Assembly (NCBI GenBank): GCA_011109175.1
Contig: RDEW01000001.1
Location: 152,594 to 216,593, forward strand
Source: Dicyema japonicum
Lineage: Eukaryota > Animalia > Dicyemida
Direction: 5' to 3'
Length of the DNA stretch: 64,000 bases
Position numbers and translations under genes: made by a program. The notes under the pieces were generated by a model. The model made no database searches. It saw nothing but the letters and a program-made list of their open reading frames with translations, and was not told the origin of the DNA. This document shows positions 25,756 to 39,400 of this stretch, one piece after another. Numbering within the stretch: the first letter of the stretch is position 1; each line of letters opens with the position of its first letter.

Positions 25756-26983
25756 TGTCGTATGTCATAAGAACCCGGGGCGTTGATACTGTCCGGTTGA
25801 ACAGACAAATTTATACTTGAAAACATTAACAACCATAAGTTTTGTCTCAAGAGAAACAAAATAGAGATAAGTTAAATCCCAAGGAAAATAGAAAAGTAAA
25901 ATCCCGGAGTAAAGTAGAGATGTTAAATCCCCAAGGAAAAGAACCGAGATATAAGGTTACTTTGTAGCAAATCCGAAATATTTAGGTAATGGCATATTAT
26001 TGAGATATTTATATCTTATAACATTAAACTGATAAGGTTGAATTAAGTAATTCAAATTAAGAATAAAATTTAAAATATAAAAGAAAGGATTAAAATATGT
26101 GATAAAAATTACAAATAACTTAAATATCGATGATTCAAAGGTTTTCGATAAAGATATAACCCTTCTTGCTTAATCGCTTTATTGACTCAAATAAAATTTT
26201 TAAATTTTTAAAAGAAATTAAAAATATAAAAAAATATTTATAACATTCAAATACTATTTTCACGCTAATCGCTTATTGACTCAAAATAAATTTTTTGTTT
26301 TTGAGTGAGCAAGGGATCGATCCTTCGACCTCTTCTATTTTCGACCCTTTTCTTGCTTAATCGCTTTATTGACTCAAAATAAAATTTTTTGTTTTTTTGA
26401 GGGAACAGGGACCGATCCTTCGACCTCTTCTATTTTCGACCTTTTCTTGCTTAATCGCTTTATTGACTCAAATAAAATTTTTTGTTTTTTTTGAGGGAAC
26501 AAGGACCGATCCTTCGACCTCTTCTATTTTCGACCCTTTCTTGCTTAATCGCTTTATTGACTCAAAATAAATTTTTTGTTTTTTTGAGGGAACAAGGGAC
26601 CGATCCTTCGACCTCTTCTATTTTCGACCTTTTCTTGCTTAATCGCTTTATTGACTCAAAATAATTTTTTGTTTTTTTGAGGGAACAAGGACCGATCCTT
26701 CGACCTCTTCTATTTTCGACACTTTTCTTGCTTAATCGCTTTATTGACTCAAAATAAAATTTTTTGTTTTTGAGTGAGCAAGGGACCGATCCTTCGACCT
26801 CTTCTATTTTCGACCCTTTTCTTGCTTAATCGCTTTATGACTCAAAATAAATTTTTTTGTTTTTTTGAGGGAACAAGGGACAGATCTTTCGAAGCAAAAC
26901 TTTGTGGTTGTTAATGTTTTCAAAGTGAAATTTGTCTTATCAACCGGACAGTATCAACAGCCCGGACGCTATCACATACGACA
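25756..26983. mobile_element. Non-autonomous TIR element (TGT...ACA; Ginger2/Tdd-like termini)
   Basis: Imperfect ~93-bp TIRs (25756-25850 and 26891-26983) start TGTCGTATG and end CATACGACA, flanked by direct TTAAT (25751-25755 and 26984-26988). Confidence 0.75.
26265..26890. repeat. Tandem array of about 7 x ~92-bp units
   Basis: Unit ttcttgcttaatcgctttattgactcaaaataaa...gagggaacaagggaccgatccttcgacctcttctattttcgacc; partial unit at 26164. Confidence 0.95.
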
Positions 26984-27429
26984 TTAATTAATTATTATTA
27001 TTTATTGATTTTAATTATAAATTAAAATAAATTAATCAAACAGGTAGCCTAAATTATATTCATCAACGTGTTCATTTTGCATATATATGTTGTTGTTAAT
27101 ATTTTTGTCCTCAGTCACGAATATCAAATTTAAACACTACATGTCATTATATGGAAATTATTTATTGACAAGTACTCATAACAATGTATTTTATAAATAA
27201 TAATGGTAGACAAACAATTATTCATTTGACATTAATTCTTACATAAATTCTATGTCTAGTAATCCACTACCATGTAAAGGCAAAAAAATAACTTAACCTT
27301 CGAATTTGTTCTTGGATTCTCAGAGGAATTCTACAACATCTCAATAAAAATAGAATTACATACTAGTAATTAATATTTAATACTAAAGATAATAAAACGT
27401 ATACGAAAACAATAATCCTTCCAAACATT

Positions 27430-28110
27430 AAATATGGAGAATATTACAGATGTGGGTATATCTCCGTAAATTTTGAAAATAATAATTCTCTCACAATATT
27501 TTCTTTGATGGTAGAATATTTTGCTAAATTTTCAAGTTCATACTTTATTGGAAAAGGTTTGAATATAATTTAATTCAGCAAATGACTGTGAACCATCTAA
27601 CGATCCAAATGTTCGATATTGGTATTTTATTGCCGATAATCGACTGAAAGCTATATTAAGTGGGCATTTAAAAATCACGTTTTATAAAAATCACACTCGT
27701 AGAAACGTAAAATGTAAATTTCAATATTAGATTCATTACGAATTTCTGACGAATATATAAAAACAAAGATTAATTTTGATAACAATAGTAGATTTATCTC
27801 TTAGGGGATTCGTTTTGAAATGTTTTTTTACATTTATTTTATCTCAAAACAAATATTATATCTCCGAAATTGGGATATCGTCGATAACATGTATATTGGA
27901 TCTTGGTCTCCTGTCATTATCAAATTGGTTGATGTTAAAAAATACTGTATCCTCGGCTCGCTTACCGTTAAATTTAATGATAACATATATGCTGAATTGT
28001 CATCATTTAAGGCACAAGTTCTTCGAGATGATTTAAATTTCCGTTTTATTGGAAATGGTTTTAGTTTTTATGAATTTTAGCGTCTGAGTGTTTTCATGGT
28101 GAAACCACAA
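27430..28110 (+). pseudogene. Distant family B paralog
   Basis: LKAILSGHLKITFYKN resembles NKAILKGIIEVTYMKD, and FFTFILSQNKYYISEI resembles YFTFFLVNSRQYYLEKI. Micro-introns fall at matching positions; stops are present. Confidence 0.5.
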
Positions 28111-28599
28111 AAACAAAAAATTCGGCATAATATTAATTTCGCATGGTTTATCATTTTGGGAATAAGGGTTAATTTAATTGAATAAAAATTATGAATTTTT
28201 CTTGTCGATTTTAAGTTAGTTTTTATCTGAAAGTTTGTTTCTTAAACTTTCTCTTATTTCTAAACTGATCAAAATTGTGCTCTGCATACATCACAACTCA
28301 GTTCGACCATATACACTAGAATCACCATTTTCCTACTGGAGAACCATCTATCAATGAGGAACCTATAATTTTTTAATTTTACATTATCGCATATGAAAAT
28401 TTTACATTATCGCATATCAACAAATACTATCCGAACTGACAATTGGACCCAGCTGCTAGATAACCCTCCCCGCGGTTATGTATCAGAGTGCACACTTGAC
28501 AGAGAGACAAGCAAGACACTAGCTTAATTCTGTTTAGTGACAAATCTCATCAGGGACAAATCAGGTCCTATTTTTCGATTATTCTATGCGAAGTTTTAT

Positions 28600-29831
28600 A
28601 CTACCCATGTCATCCGTTGACTTCTTATACTTTAACGTGCGGACGCAATATAAATGAATCCTTGCCCAGTCATTGCTGGAGCACCATCAGTGCAGATACA
28701 CATACATTCCAATCCAAATTTATATCCTCGAAATATGAATTTATAAGATTGAAAATTTCATATCGCTTTGTTGCTCCGAGAAACTTTTTGAGCAAAAAAA
28801 TCTTCAACAATGGATTCATCGTTCATATATCGAACGAAAACAAGGAGTTGCATTCTTCCTGTAATATCTGAGCATTCATCTATTTGAAGCGTAATAAACA
28901 CAGATTTTTTCTTCGACAAACCAAAGTGGTTTCAATGTCATCAGACACATCCGAACAGTATCTTCACTACATCTTTGCATCCAGGCAAAATAACAGTTTC
29001 GACGAGAGAATGCGATTTCATATTTTAGCGGTAATCTCAGAAACAGCATAACTAGCATGCAGTGCTTTTTCGTTTATTTTGAATTTTTTGTAAAACCGGA
29101 TGCTTGAACTTTATTCTGGTCCAATTTCCAGATAAAATATTCTTCTTTGAAAGTTCCGGGTGCTTGTTTGAGAAATGACGACTAAGTTTTCGTTGGAGCC
29201 ATAGCACTATTCGCAAGTTTTTCACCTCAAACAACACAAGCTTTTCTGATAAAAATATTTCTTCCGTCAATGATTATTTTGTTGAAATAGTATATAGCTT
29301 TGTCTATGGAGGAGAAATTTTCAGATTGGAAATGTTGCAGTTTTGAATCAACGAAATTTGTAAAGCCAGTCCAATTTGCATTTTTGTAATCATAGAAATG
29401 AATAGGCTTCGGTACAAAGCGTGGCTCGCAGTTCAGCTTCATTAACATTGAATGGTGGTCGCTCCGGAGGTCATAACGGACCGTCCAATTAATGATCGTG
29501 GAAAGACGAGGTGAGCAGACGGATAAGTCCGGAGATGTCACCATGTCCTTCGTGTTGTATGGTGTCCTAGTGTTTTTTTCGGGTTGTTGATGATTATTAA
29601 GTTTTGCATTTGGGATAATAGCAGGTTTCATCTGTTATCAGCGGACTAGTAGCGGAACCAAGAAGGGTGCTTCGCATTCAGGTCTCCACATAAAAGCAAG
29701 TTCTCCAGTTTGTCCAAGGTAGATAGGTCAAACGAAAAATTTTTCTTGCAGGAGCCAGTAGGAGGAACATAAACATTCACAATTTCAATTTTTCCAATGG
29801 AAGTTATAACAAAGATTCCAATTATCTCCAA
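28600..29831 (-). mobile_element. Jockey/CR1-like LINE, degenerate APE and linker
   Basis: IVNVYVPP, LLLCGDLNAKHPSW, SPDL, LRSDH and YDYKNANWTGF. Confidence 0.8.
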
Positions 29832-30111
29832 TCAAAAAAATTAAATTACAATTTACATAAAAATGTTAATTTTCAAATTATTTAAATAATAATTTAATAT
29901 ATTTTTTGCGTGTTTTGATAGAACGCAGAAAGAGAATGAAATATTTAATTTCCATAGAAGGACCAGTTCCAATAAAAAATAAAAAGGTAACAAACCTATT
30001 TAAGGACAGTCAGGAGAGGTATCCATGAAAAAGTCAAATTAAAAAAGATATATAAGTGGAATTATATAGCACATATGTCTTTCTCACGTCTAATATCTAA
30101 CTGCCCTTTTT

Positions 30112-33022
30112 TTTGGTACCCTGAATGTAAGAGGACTCAATCCAACATACAAGAAGCTTCAGCTGTCACGTGATTTGGATCACTATAAGGTATCAGTATG
30201 CTGCCTACAGGAAACAAAAATAACTGACAGCACATGCATGCGAGTGGGAAATTATCATTTGATTACCCTTCCAACAACGTGTCGTCACTATGGACTTGGA
30301 TTTGCTATTCATCACACATTGTATAGTCGTATATCTCGGATGTGGGTCGTTACAGACAGGATTGCGGTACTGCAAATCCGGTGGGGAAGCAAACCAAACT
30401 CTACAGTGACAATCATCAACATATACGCCCCGACTGGAATCAGGGCATCTGCCAATCCAGAAGAACTAGACGAATTCTACTCCGCCCTCATAAGGGTTTA
30501 CAACACTCTCAGTTCTTCATATTTTTGCTTAATTGCCGGGGACTGGAATGCCAAAGCAGGAAAAGCCAGATCTGGAGAAACTTGTATCGGATCTCATGGA
30601 AGAAATCGGCGAAACACGCCCGGAATGGCATTAATCCACTTTTGCACTTCCTTGGATCTGTTTTTGTGCAATACGGCATTCCGTCACCCAGCGAGACACA
30701 AGACGACGTGGACTGGAACTAGGAAGGATTTGCAAGGAAATTACATAAAAATATATAATCAAATTGACTACATACTATGCAGACGAGGTCACAAACATCT
30801 CCTCGTAGACTCCAGGTCATATGGAGGATTAGAGACAAATAGTGATCATAAAATTGTGGTTACTCGCATTGGACTATACAAAGTCCATAACCAAATGAAA
30901 ACACCTTCCAATAAAAAGCAGGAGCAATATGATATCCAATTATTACATGACAAGTCAACTCAACAGAAATATGCGTATCAACTAAATCTTGAACTTAATG
31001 ATATCGACGAAACTAAACCTGTTCATATTATTTGGGACAAAGTCGATAAAAGGTACAGCATGTGATGTGTTGGGAAGTATTACAAAACCCCGTAAATTTT
31101 ACAATCATGATATTTGCGTCCTATCAGAAAACCAGAAAGCCTTGAGATTGAAGATAGAAAACTCAAGGTCTCCAGAAAAGGCCAAGGAACTTCGGCAACA
31201 ACGAAACCGAACATTATTAAAAATCAAGCAAACTCAGAAATCCCTAACGGCTAAAGAAATAGAAAAACAAATTGAAGACATTGAAAAATATAAAGATGGA
31301 GTGAAAATGTTCAAAGCTATTCAATTAATTAATAAGAAAAAGAGTGCAAGCCCCATAATAATCAATGACATCCTTGGCAGAATAATTATCGATGAAAAGG
31401 ACAAAGCAGCTACTATATCTGCTTATTACTATCATATGCTCAACTGGGACAACGAAATAGGCTATAAATTTGGTGCACAAGTCAAGCATGGTTTGGACAT
31501 CCCAATAAACACACAAGAAACACTGGATGCAATTAAAAAATTGAAAAATGACAGATCGGCAGGACCAGAGAATATCCCAGCCGAACTTATAAAGTATGCC
31601 CCAGTGAAGTTGGTAACAATCATTACCAATATACTCAACAAAATATTTGAAGAAAACACTACGTTAGACATTGGCAAGGGTTGGTTAATTCCACTGCAAA
31701 AACCGGGAAAACCCAAAGGGCCCCTTTCCAACCTAAGACCAATCATCCTACTAACTACGCTGCGAAAAATCTTGTCAATCATTACATTGGAAAGAATCAA
31801 AGACAAGGTGGAGTATTTTCTGTCACCAGGACAAAGTGGTTTCCGGTCAGGCAGATCCACTGCCGATGTCATTTGGACACACAGATGGTCAAGTGCTCTA
31901 TGCCAAAAATATAAAAAGTGCATAGATGTTCTCGGAATAGACATGTCCAGAGCGTTTGACTCGGTTCATAGAGGCAAACTTCTTGAAGTACTCACAAGCT
32001 TCCTAACAACGGATGATGTCAAAATTATACAAAAACTACTGCAGAATACGCAACTAGCAACCAAACTCGGAAAAACTACTTCAGAATTCTTTTATACTTC
32101 ACGTGGAATTCCGCAAGGAGACTCTTTGTCACCAGTTCTATTCATAATCTACCTGGAGGCTGCACTGAGAGATTTCAGGCCTTTAATTGAGAACAACAAA
32201 ATAATCGAGTTAATATATGCAGACGATCTTGACTTTGTTTCTGAAGATGTTGAAATTCTTCATCACGTTCTCAAGAACTTACCAAATGCCTTTTCCAAAT
32301 GGTTCTTAGTTGTCAACCAAGACAAAACTGAATATACAAAACTTATACGAGTTGTACGCACTTACGATGAATCATGGAGAAGGCATAAAAAAGTTACTTC
32401 ACTATTTGTAGACTCAGAAGATGTTACCCACAGAAAAATCCTTTACACTGCTGCTTATAAAAAATTCTTAACTATCTGGCCTTCTAAGAAGAGCATAACA
32501 ACGAATACAAAGCTAAAATTGTATAAAACATTAGTGGTTCCAGTCCTGACATACAACTGTGGGACATGGGGGACTACGAAAAGGAAAATGGACAATATCG
32601 ATCAATTTCAGAGAAATCAACTAAAAAACATCTTGAGAATACATTCCCCGAAAAAGATATCAAATTCAGAACTGTACAAAAGATGTGGCTTAAGGCCATT
32701 ATCAGAGGAGATTCTCAAGGCTAGGTCGAGACTTTTTGGTCACATCTTACGAATGGATATGTTGATTCCATCTAACATAGCAATGGAGAAGTATTTCGCA
32801 CAACTGAAGGGATCTTTCCATGGCAGGCCTAGAGTGACGTTGCCTTCACTAGTAAATGATGACGTAATCCGAATAAACAAAACTCTACGAAATGGTGAAG
32901 ATCTTGACTCACTACGAGCAATGGCCCGGAACAAGGGAAATGGAAAAGGATGTGTGGGAGGATACTGGACGTGGCACAAGGGAAACTTAATTAATCTAAT
33001 TAATTTATGGATGTTATCGTAG
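30112..33022 (+). mobile_element. RTE-clade LINE, near-intact APE-RT ORF with one frameshift (~31040)
   Basis: FGTLNVRGL, LQETK, NIYAPT, GDWN, IDY and SDH (APE); LRPIILL, QSGFR, DMSRAFD, GIPQGDSLSP and YADD (RT); RLFGHILRM and GRPR (C-terminus). Confidence 0.95.
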
Positions 33023-34696
33023 ATGTCAAGGACTTGCGTTGATTTCTCCAAAAAATACAGATTAGGATAGGTTACTTATTAGAGACATGGCAGATGGATT
33101 GTTTATGTGGAATGGCATTGTCTCGGGTGTCAAAGCCTTTGATTTACGTACTTTGAAAGAAGTCCCTTAGTTTTGAAGGTATTCAATGTTTTATCTCTGA
33201 AACTTAATGGAAATTTTTTAAACGGTTGAAAATTACGCGGTAATATAGAAATCCCAAATAAACTGAACAGTGGTTTTTTTCTGTGTTATTATCTGTGTTC
33301 TATCAAACATGATAAATAACGTTTTTGAAGTTGTTTTTTAACTAAATTCTAAATATAATTGACTTGAAAATTTTTAATATTTAAGAAAGATTTCGTATCC
33401 ACTAACACGCCTCTACGACTGGTTTTCAAAAATAATGGAGCAGAATTGGACAATTGAAATTATCGATATGCTCTTCCTGCCTTCTAGAGGGCCAGAAACC
33501 AGGTCATCTTTTTTTGTCCCGATTCACCTTCGATTTCTAGATGTACCTAACTGAGCGTCCACTTTTAGTAGTTACTTTCCCGTTATTTTAAAGCTTTTAT
33601 GACTGCGAAATATATCTATTCTCAGTCTCGATGAAACAGTGTGACAATACTATTGTTGATGTTCCTAACGAGGGATCTCGAAAGTATGTTATTTGTGTCG
33701 CATGTTGTCAGTAATCGCTGTATATTCAAAATATGTGATTAAAGTAATCTAATAAAACTAAAGTTGTATTGGTTGCAGAAATTTGGAGGATTATCGTAAA
33801 TTAGGGTTTATACTGATTTCTTATTTAAATTAGGTTTGACATCCACTCTGGAGAGACACAGGCTTTATTCTAGGATAATTAATCACGGAAGGGGGTAAAG
33901 GCATAAAGAAATTTTTTATCACGTGCAAGTCCCTTAGAAAATTCAGTGCTGCAATGGATACAACAAGTGGAAGTGTGTTTGCTACAGAGAATAGAGATAT
34001 AATATCTCCACCAGCCTCCCCAGTCAACAGAAAGGTGTAACTATTAGCGGGGCTTTTCTAGCCTTTAATAAATTAAGAATTCTATGATCACAAAGAATTC
34101 TTTAATGTCGAAAATTTTGAGTCTATTGAAAAGCTTGGATCTTCAATGATCCGAACTCTAAAAAGAAAAAATCAAAACTTACTGATTTTTCGCTTATAAA
34201 TATTTTTTGATTTACATTATTAACTGATAAAAAATCAATTTCTCTCGAATCCGCCAGATTTTGCCGATCCCTGAAATTAGCGGATTCGAGACATTACTGT
34301 ATTATGAAAATAAGAAAAAACCAAAATATTTTTTACCATTATTCAATCAAATTTGAAAAGGATCCATGTGATACCAAAATATATGACAATTAAATCGCCA
34401 TCAAAAGAAATCAAAAATGCGAACTTAAAAGAGTTTTGTCCAAACTAATGGAAGTGTCCTGAAACAACTATTTTTTAAATAAACCAATTTTATTTAACGC
34501 AAAAGCTAACAGTTAACAACTGATGTATGCTCTCATAATTAAGAACGCATTTCCCCTGACTATTTTGGTAAAAAAAGTTTTTCCATGTAAAATAAAATGC
34601 TCGAAAAGGATAAAAATTTTAATGATGAAATGTTAAAAATTATTTGATGCTTTGTTTCAATAAATTTGACAAAATAATGTAATTAATTAATATAGC

Positions 34697-34815
34697 CAAC
34701 CATCCAAAGTGGACCCCGCCGATATTATCGATGTTGCGTTGCCTCTCACGATTAAACAGAGAATAACAGAAGAAGCCACCGGGTCTCACGTGCGTCGTGG
34801 CTTTTTAGTGTATCT
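34697..34815 (+). repeat. Dispersed ~120-bp repeat (copy of 2330-2450)
   Basis: Direct sequence match; lies about 230 bp upstream of a CRE fragment. Confidence 0.75.
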
Positions 34816-35039
34816 AGCCGTCCAAGTTTCGTTAGGAAGCGAAGCGATTTTCCACTTATTCCTCCAGTTGTCTCGACCACAATTTGACAAAATAAGTTAA
34901 AAGCATTAACTTCACTAAATTAATAAGGTCATATTTAATTTTTTAGGTCATATTTTTGGTTGCCCTAGTAATGACTCTTCATTTTTTATTCCTATTTTTT
35001 TAAATTTCGGGAGAGATTGTTAGTCGATTTGTCATTGCG

Positions 35040-36020
35040 AATATTTCGGCCGACTTGTGTCCATTACTGCTGGGCGTGGGAGTCAGAGGCGGATGGGCGG
35101 ATGCGATTTGGGAGGTCCATGTGGCTAGGGAGTTCGTCAGGATATCATCTGAAGCTGAGGATAGCGACCTTTTCAAATTGAATTTGCGCAACGATTTCAA
35201 CTCGGTTAGAAGATGTGTCATACTTGACGTTTGCTTAAAAAGAACGCCAAAAATATATTCTTTTGTCCACCTATCATATTCGATTCTTTCTCACCTTTTT
35301 TAGAAATAAAATCATTCTTTCTGAGACGGGAGTACAGCAGGTGAACACTTGGTCCTCTTCTTTTTTCATTGGCAATCGATCATATCGTGCAGATGAACAA
35401 TGAAACGTTTAGTGGTTAATCTGACTGTATGGAATCATTTGCCTTCTTTAGAAAACTAATGGAAGAATGGAAGATATTCTCCCAGATGTTCGAACTACAG
35501 ACCTATGCTTTCTTGATTTCCTTGGATGTGGAAGTCGTTAAGCGACAAAAAGACGTTTCTGGGAAAGTTTGCTGAACAACAGAAATGTTAGACTATTAAT
35601 GCTCAAAAAGATGCTGCATTATGTGCTGTCATCTTATAGTTTCTCGAAGAATTGATGGATGCGGTCCTCAACTCTCATTTCCGACTGAATGTATCTGTGA
35701 CATCATCGGGATCTGTGGATGTGTGGAAGGACGTATATTTTAATGTTCAGGAGGGCAACACTAATCAGAAAGCGTATTCGAGACGTGTCTTGTAAAAAAG
35801 AGGGAGCACCTTTAGATCACTGGAAAAGCGAGAAGACTTGCATTCATCAATACGGCTAGTTGTCATTCAGCAGGTGCCTGGCCGAACACCTATCCTTGTG
35901 CTGAGATTGGTAACCTGCTGGATGATGAGGCAGTGTTAGTAGCTACCTTGTTACGTCTTGGTCTTAAAGTATGTATGGAGCGAAAATGTCGTTGTGGACG
36001 TTTGATCTATCCATATGGCT
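35040..36020 (+). mobile_element. Divergent CRE-clade retrotransposon remnant
   Basis: LGVGVRGG, FKLNLRNDFNSVRR, and later LRLGLKVCMERKCRCG; heavily degraded. Confidence 0.7.
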
Positions 36021-36026
36021 GTATTA

Positions 36027-36176
36027 GAGAATGTGTTAGGGTAAATAAAAGAATGAATTATGGTGTATTAAAAATGAATTATGTTGTATTTGAGAATGGA
36101 TTAGGGTAATTAAAAGTTAGTTTGAATTAAAAAATGAGTTTGGGTGAATAAGAGAATGGGTTAGGGTAAATTAAAG
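36027..36176 (+). repeat. Three degenerate 60-65-bp units, each containing TTAGGG
   Basis: gagaatg(t/g)(g/a)TTAGGGtaa with TTAGGG at 36036, 36101 and 36161. Confidence 0.7.
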
Positions 36177-36479
36177 CATCGGTTGTTTCTATACATTCAT
36201 AAAGTTTATTTTATTGACATAATACGATGTTTGAACTCTAATTAAATTGACTTGTAATTTTTATCCATAAATTTTTTTATTTTTAATATAAATAATATTA
36301 TTACTATAAATAACTCCTTAGTTAAAAGCTACCCAAATTTATTATACATAATTCAATATGAATTTTTTAGGGTTTCTATCTTATCTGTTAAGCAATTATA
36401 AGAAACCTTCTAAAAAGAAACAGTAGAAGCTTCAACACAGAGAAGAGAGTGGTGCTTAATAAGAGAGGGCAGCCACCGA

Positions 36480-39400
36480 AAAAACCAGAAGTAGTCAGGA
36501 TAACCCTGATTAATGCCCGTTCTCTTCGGAAACGGGCCTCAGTGCTGGTTGCTATAGCCAGCACGATCCAGATGGAAGTTCTAATTATAAACGAAACTAA
36601 ATTGAAGAAAAGACCATTTAAAATTGATGGATACGACTCATTAGATTTTTTTGTAAGACTGGTTCTTGTGCTGGAACAGGAACTTCAATTTACTACAAAA
36701 CTTCTTTAAATACAAGACTACCACGATCAATGAAGAAAATCTTTGTGAACTAGCAAGCATTCAACTACAAACAACCATGGGATGGATAATTATCGGAGGA
36801 ATCTATTCTAAAAAACTACGAGAGTATCCATGGATTGTTGACAAATTTATGGAAAACAATGAATATCCAATCCTTGTTGGGGACATGAACGCTAAACATA
36901 CTGACTATGGTTGTGTAACAACCAATCAAGACGGAAAATGCCTTGTAAAATGGATTAAGTCTGGAGAGTTAAAGTTTTTAACTTCAGTCGAAATTATGCA
37001 ATTAAACTCGCACATGGATTGGATTTAGCATCTGAAATTGATGACGAATACGAAAGAAAAACGAGAAGAATCGGTGATTTATTACATTGCTTGTGGAAAC
37101 TCGCATTGTAATTGGGGGCTTTTTACGGAGAAGAGACATACGGTGTCTCATGAAAGTGCCCCAATATAGACGACCCCAAATCTTGGCTTTCCTCTTTAGT
37201 TAATGCCTCTTACCTTGTTTAGTTAGTTGGGGTTTTGCGAATAAATTATGTTATCTGTTATCTTAAGCAATAAATCTTAGAGACGTGTCTTGTAATATGG
37301 TTGCTCGGTACTACGATGTTGGAATCAGACTAATGAAATTGAGTGATAAACTGGATTTGAGATTTTGACATCGGAAAAACGAATCATTACTCGCACTACG
37401 GGGGAGACATGCTTGGGGTGTTCCTGGTGTCACCATCACTCTACAGTTATGTAGAAAAGCCGATGATCATGTGGGACATCGGGAGTGATCATATACCCCA
37501 AGAGATGTTATTGAACCTAGCTCCAGACTCCATGGACTCTGTGTTTACAGGTTACGACCTAACAAGAATAAACTGGGAACACTACAGAAGGTACATATCA
37601 AGAACCTCAAACACTGGAAGATTAAAGATTATTCCCGAAAGTGATATCGACATCATAGACAATGAACTCTCTATCATGATGGAGACATACTTAATGCTTT
37701 ACGCAAGAAGGAGATCCTCGAGTACTAATCATGGAAAGACATCAGTCTTTCCGATTTCCACATTATCTTTGATCAATGAAAGGAATCGCCTGAGGACTAA
37801 ACTCAGAAGATGTGTGGACTGATAGACCGGATTGCACTACCGGACAATTGAAGATAACCAAGAAAGCCATTGAAGAAGGAAAAGACTATCTCAAGAACAA
37901 TGTTTGAGGGTAGAGGCAAGCAAACTAAACACCAAAGACCCCTCGTTCTGGAAGTTCTACAAAAGAATAACTGGCCAGAAAAGGAATGACATAAAAATCT
38001 CCTTGACCAAGCCAGAAAGTGGACTATGTTCTATGGAAGAAGCCCCAGAAATTTTTAAGAAACAACTGGACGTATTCAGGAGGTCAACCCGTTGGAGCTT
38101 ATTCCGAGGGAGATGTTAGATTTTTCACGTGAAATTTTAACCTACTGTTTGGACGATCTTAAAGATACTGAAATAAAAATAACTATGGAAGAAGTCATGA
38201 CTGCAATCATGACAAGCAAGGCTAACGCTCCTGGATATGACCATCTAAGCATGAGATTGTTCAAGGAAGGCCCAGAGGCTCTATTTCCCATACTGAGGAA
38301 TTTATTCAATGCAAGCATTCATCATGGTCATGTCCCAAAACGCTGGAAATCTTCCATAGTCAGAATGATACTGAAACCGGGAAAATCGAGAAGGGACTTA
38401 CTCAGCTATAGACCGATAAGCCTCATCTGTTCGATCTCCAAGATTATCGAACTAATTATTTTAAGAAGGCTAAACTACCACGTAGAAGAAGTGGTTTCCT
38501 CTTCGCAAAACAATGTGGCTTCAGACCTGGAAAATCATGCACGGACTGCATCTACCAGATGCATTCAATGGTATTGAGAGGTCTGAAATTCAAAAGACTA
38601 GTTAACCTGGTATGTTTGGATCTGTCCAAGGCTTTTGATAGTGTGTGGCACGAAGCCCTCCTATCAAGGCTAGCAGCTGCTCAGATCCAAAAGAAACTTT
38701 TCATGGATAAGGGATTTCCTAACAGGACGGATTTCCCAAGTACGTGTTGGAGCACATATTCGAAAGACATCATACTGAAGAGGGGAGTTCCACATTGTTC
38801 CGTCCTGAGCCCTCTGCTATTCAACATATTCTATCAGATTTTCTAACTCCACCGGATATAAACACAAAACTATTGATATACGCCGATGATACTCTGATCA
38901 CAGATACATCTGGCAAATCAACTCTTTCGGAGAAAAGGATCGTATCATTCATTAGACAAGTTCAGGACTGATGCACAAAAAGATTGATGAGATTGTCTAC
39001 GGAGAAATCCAGCTCTCTACGAGTAAGTAGCCTAAGGAGGCATCAGAAGAAGCCTTACTTATTAGAGTTTGCTAATGTAAACTCAATGCGCTACTTCGGA
39101 TAGCAATCGATGGAAATGGTTCCTTCATGGAGAACATAAGACGAAGAAGGAAGAAGGCGCTTCAAGCACTCTTATGTACGAGAAAGTTGCTTGTAAGCCT
39201 GGAAACCTTCTTGTTCATCTTCATGAGGATCATCCTACCGGAACTGCTATATGGATGCGAAGCATGGTTTTTCTCTTGCCAAAGAGAAAGAATAATGTTT
39301 CTCATGGAAAAAACCAGAAGGTCGGCAATAAAGTTGGCTTTAGGAAAAAGGCTCTGGGATGCTCTCAGCACTGAAGAAGACATGATTCTAACTCCTGTTA

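Noticed and set aside
26265-26890. CRISPR-like array
   Set aside because: Units are near-identical along their whole length with no unique spacers or cas genes, and the context is eukaryotic.
33840-34030. CENP-B/Tigger HTH fragment (SPLENSVLQWIQQ)
   Set aside because: Too short and stop-ridden to support a call.
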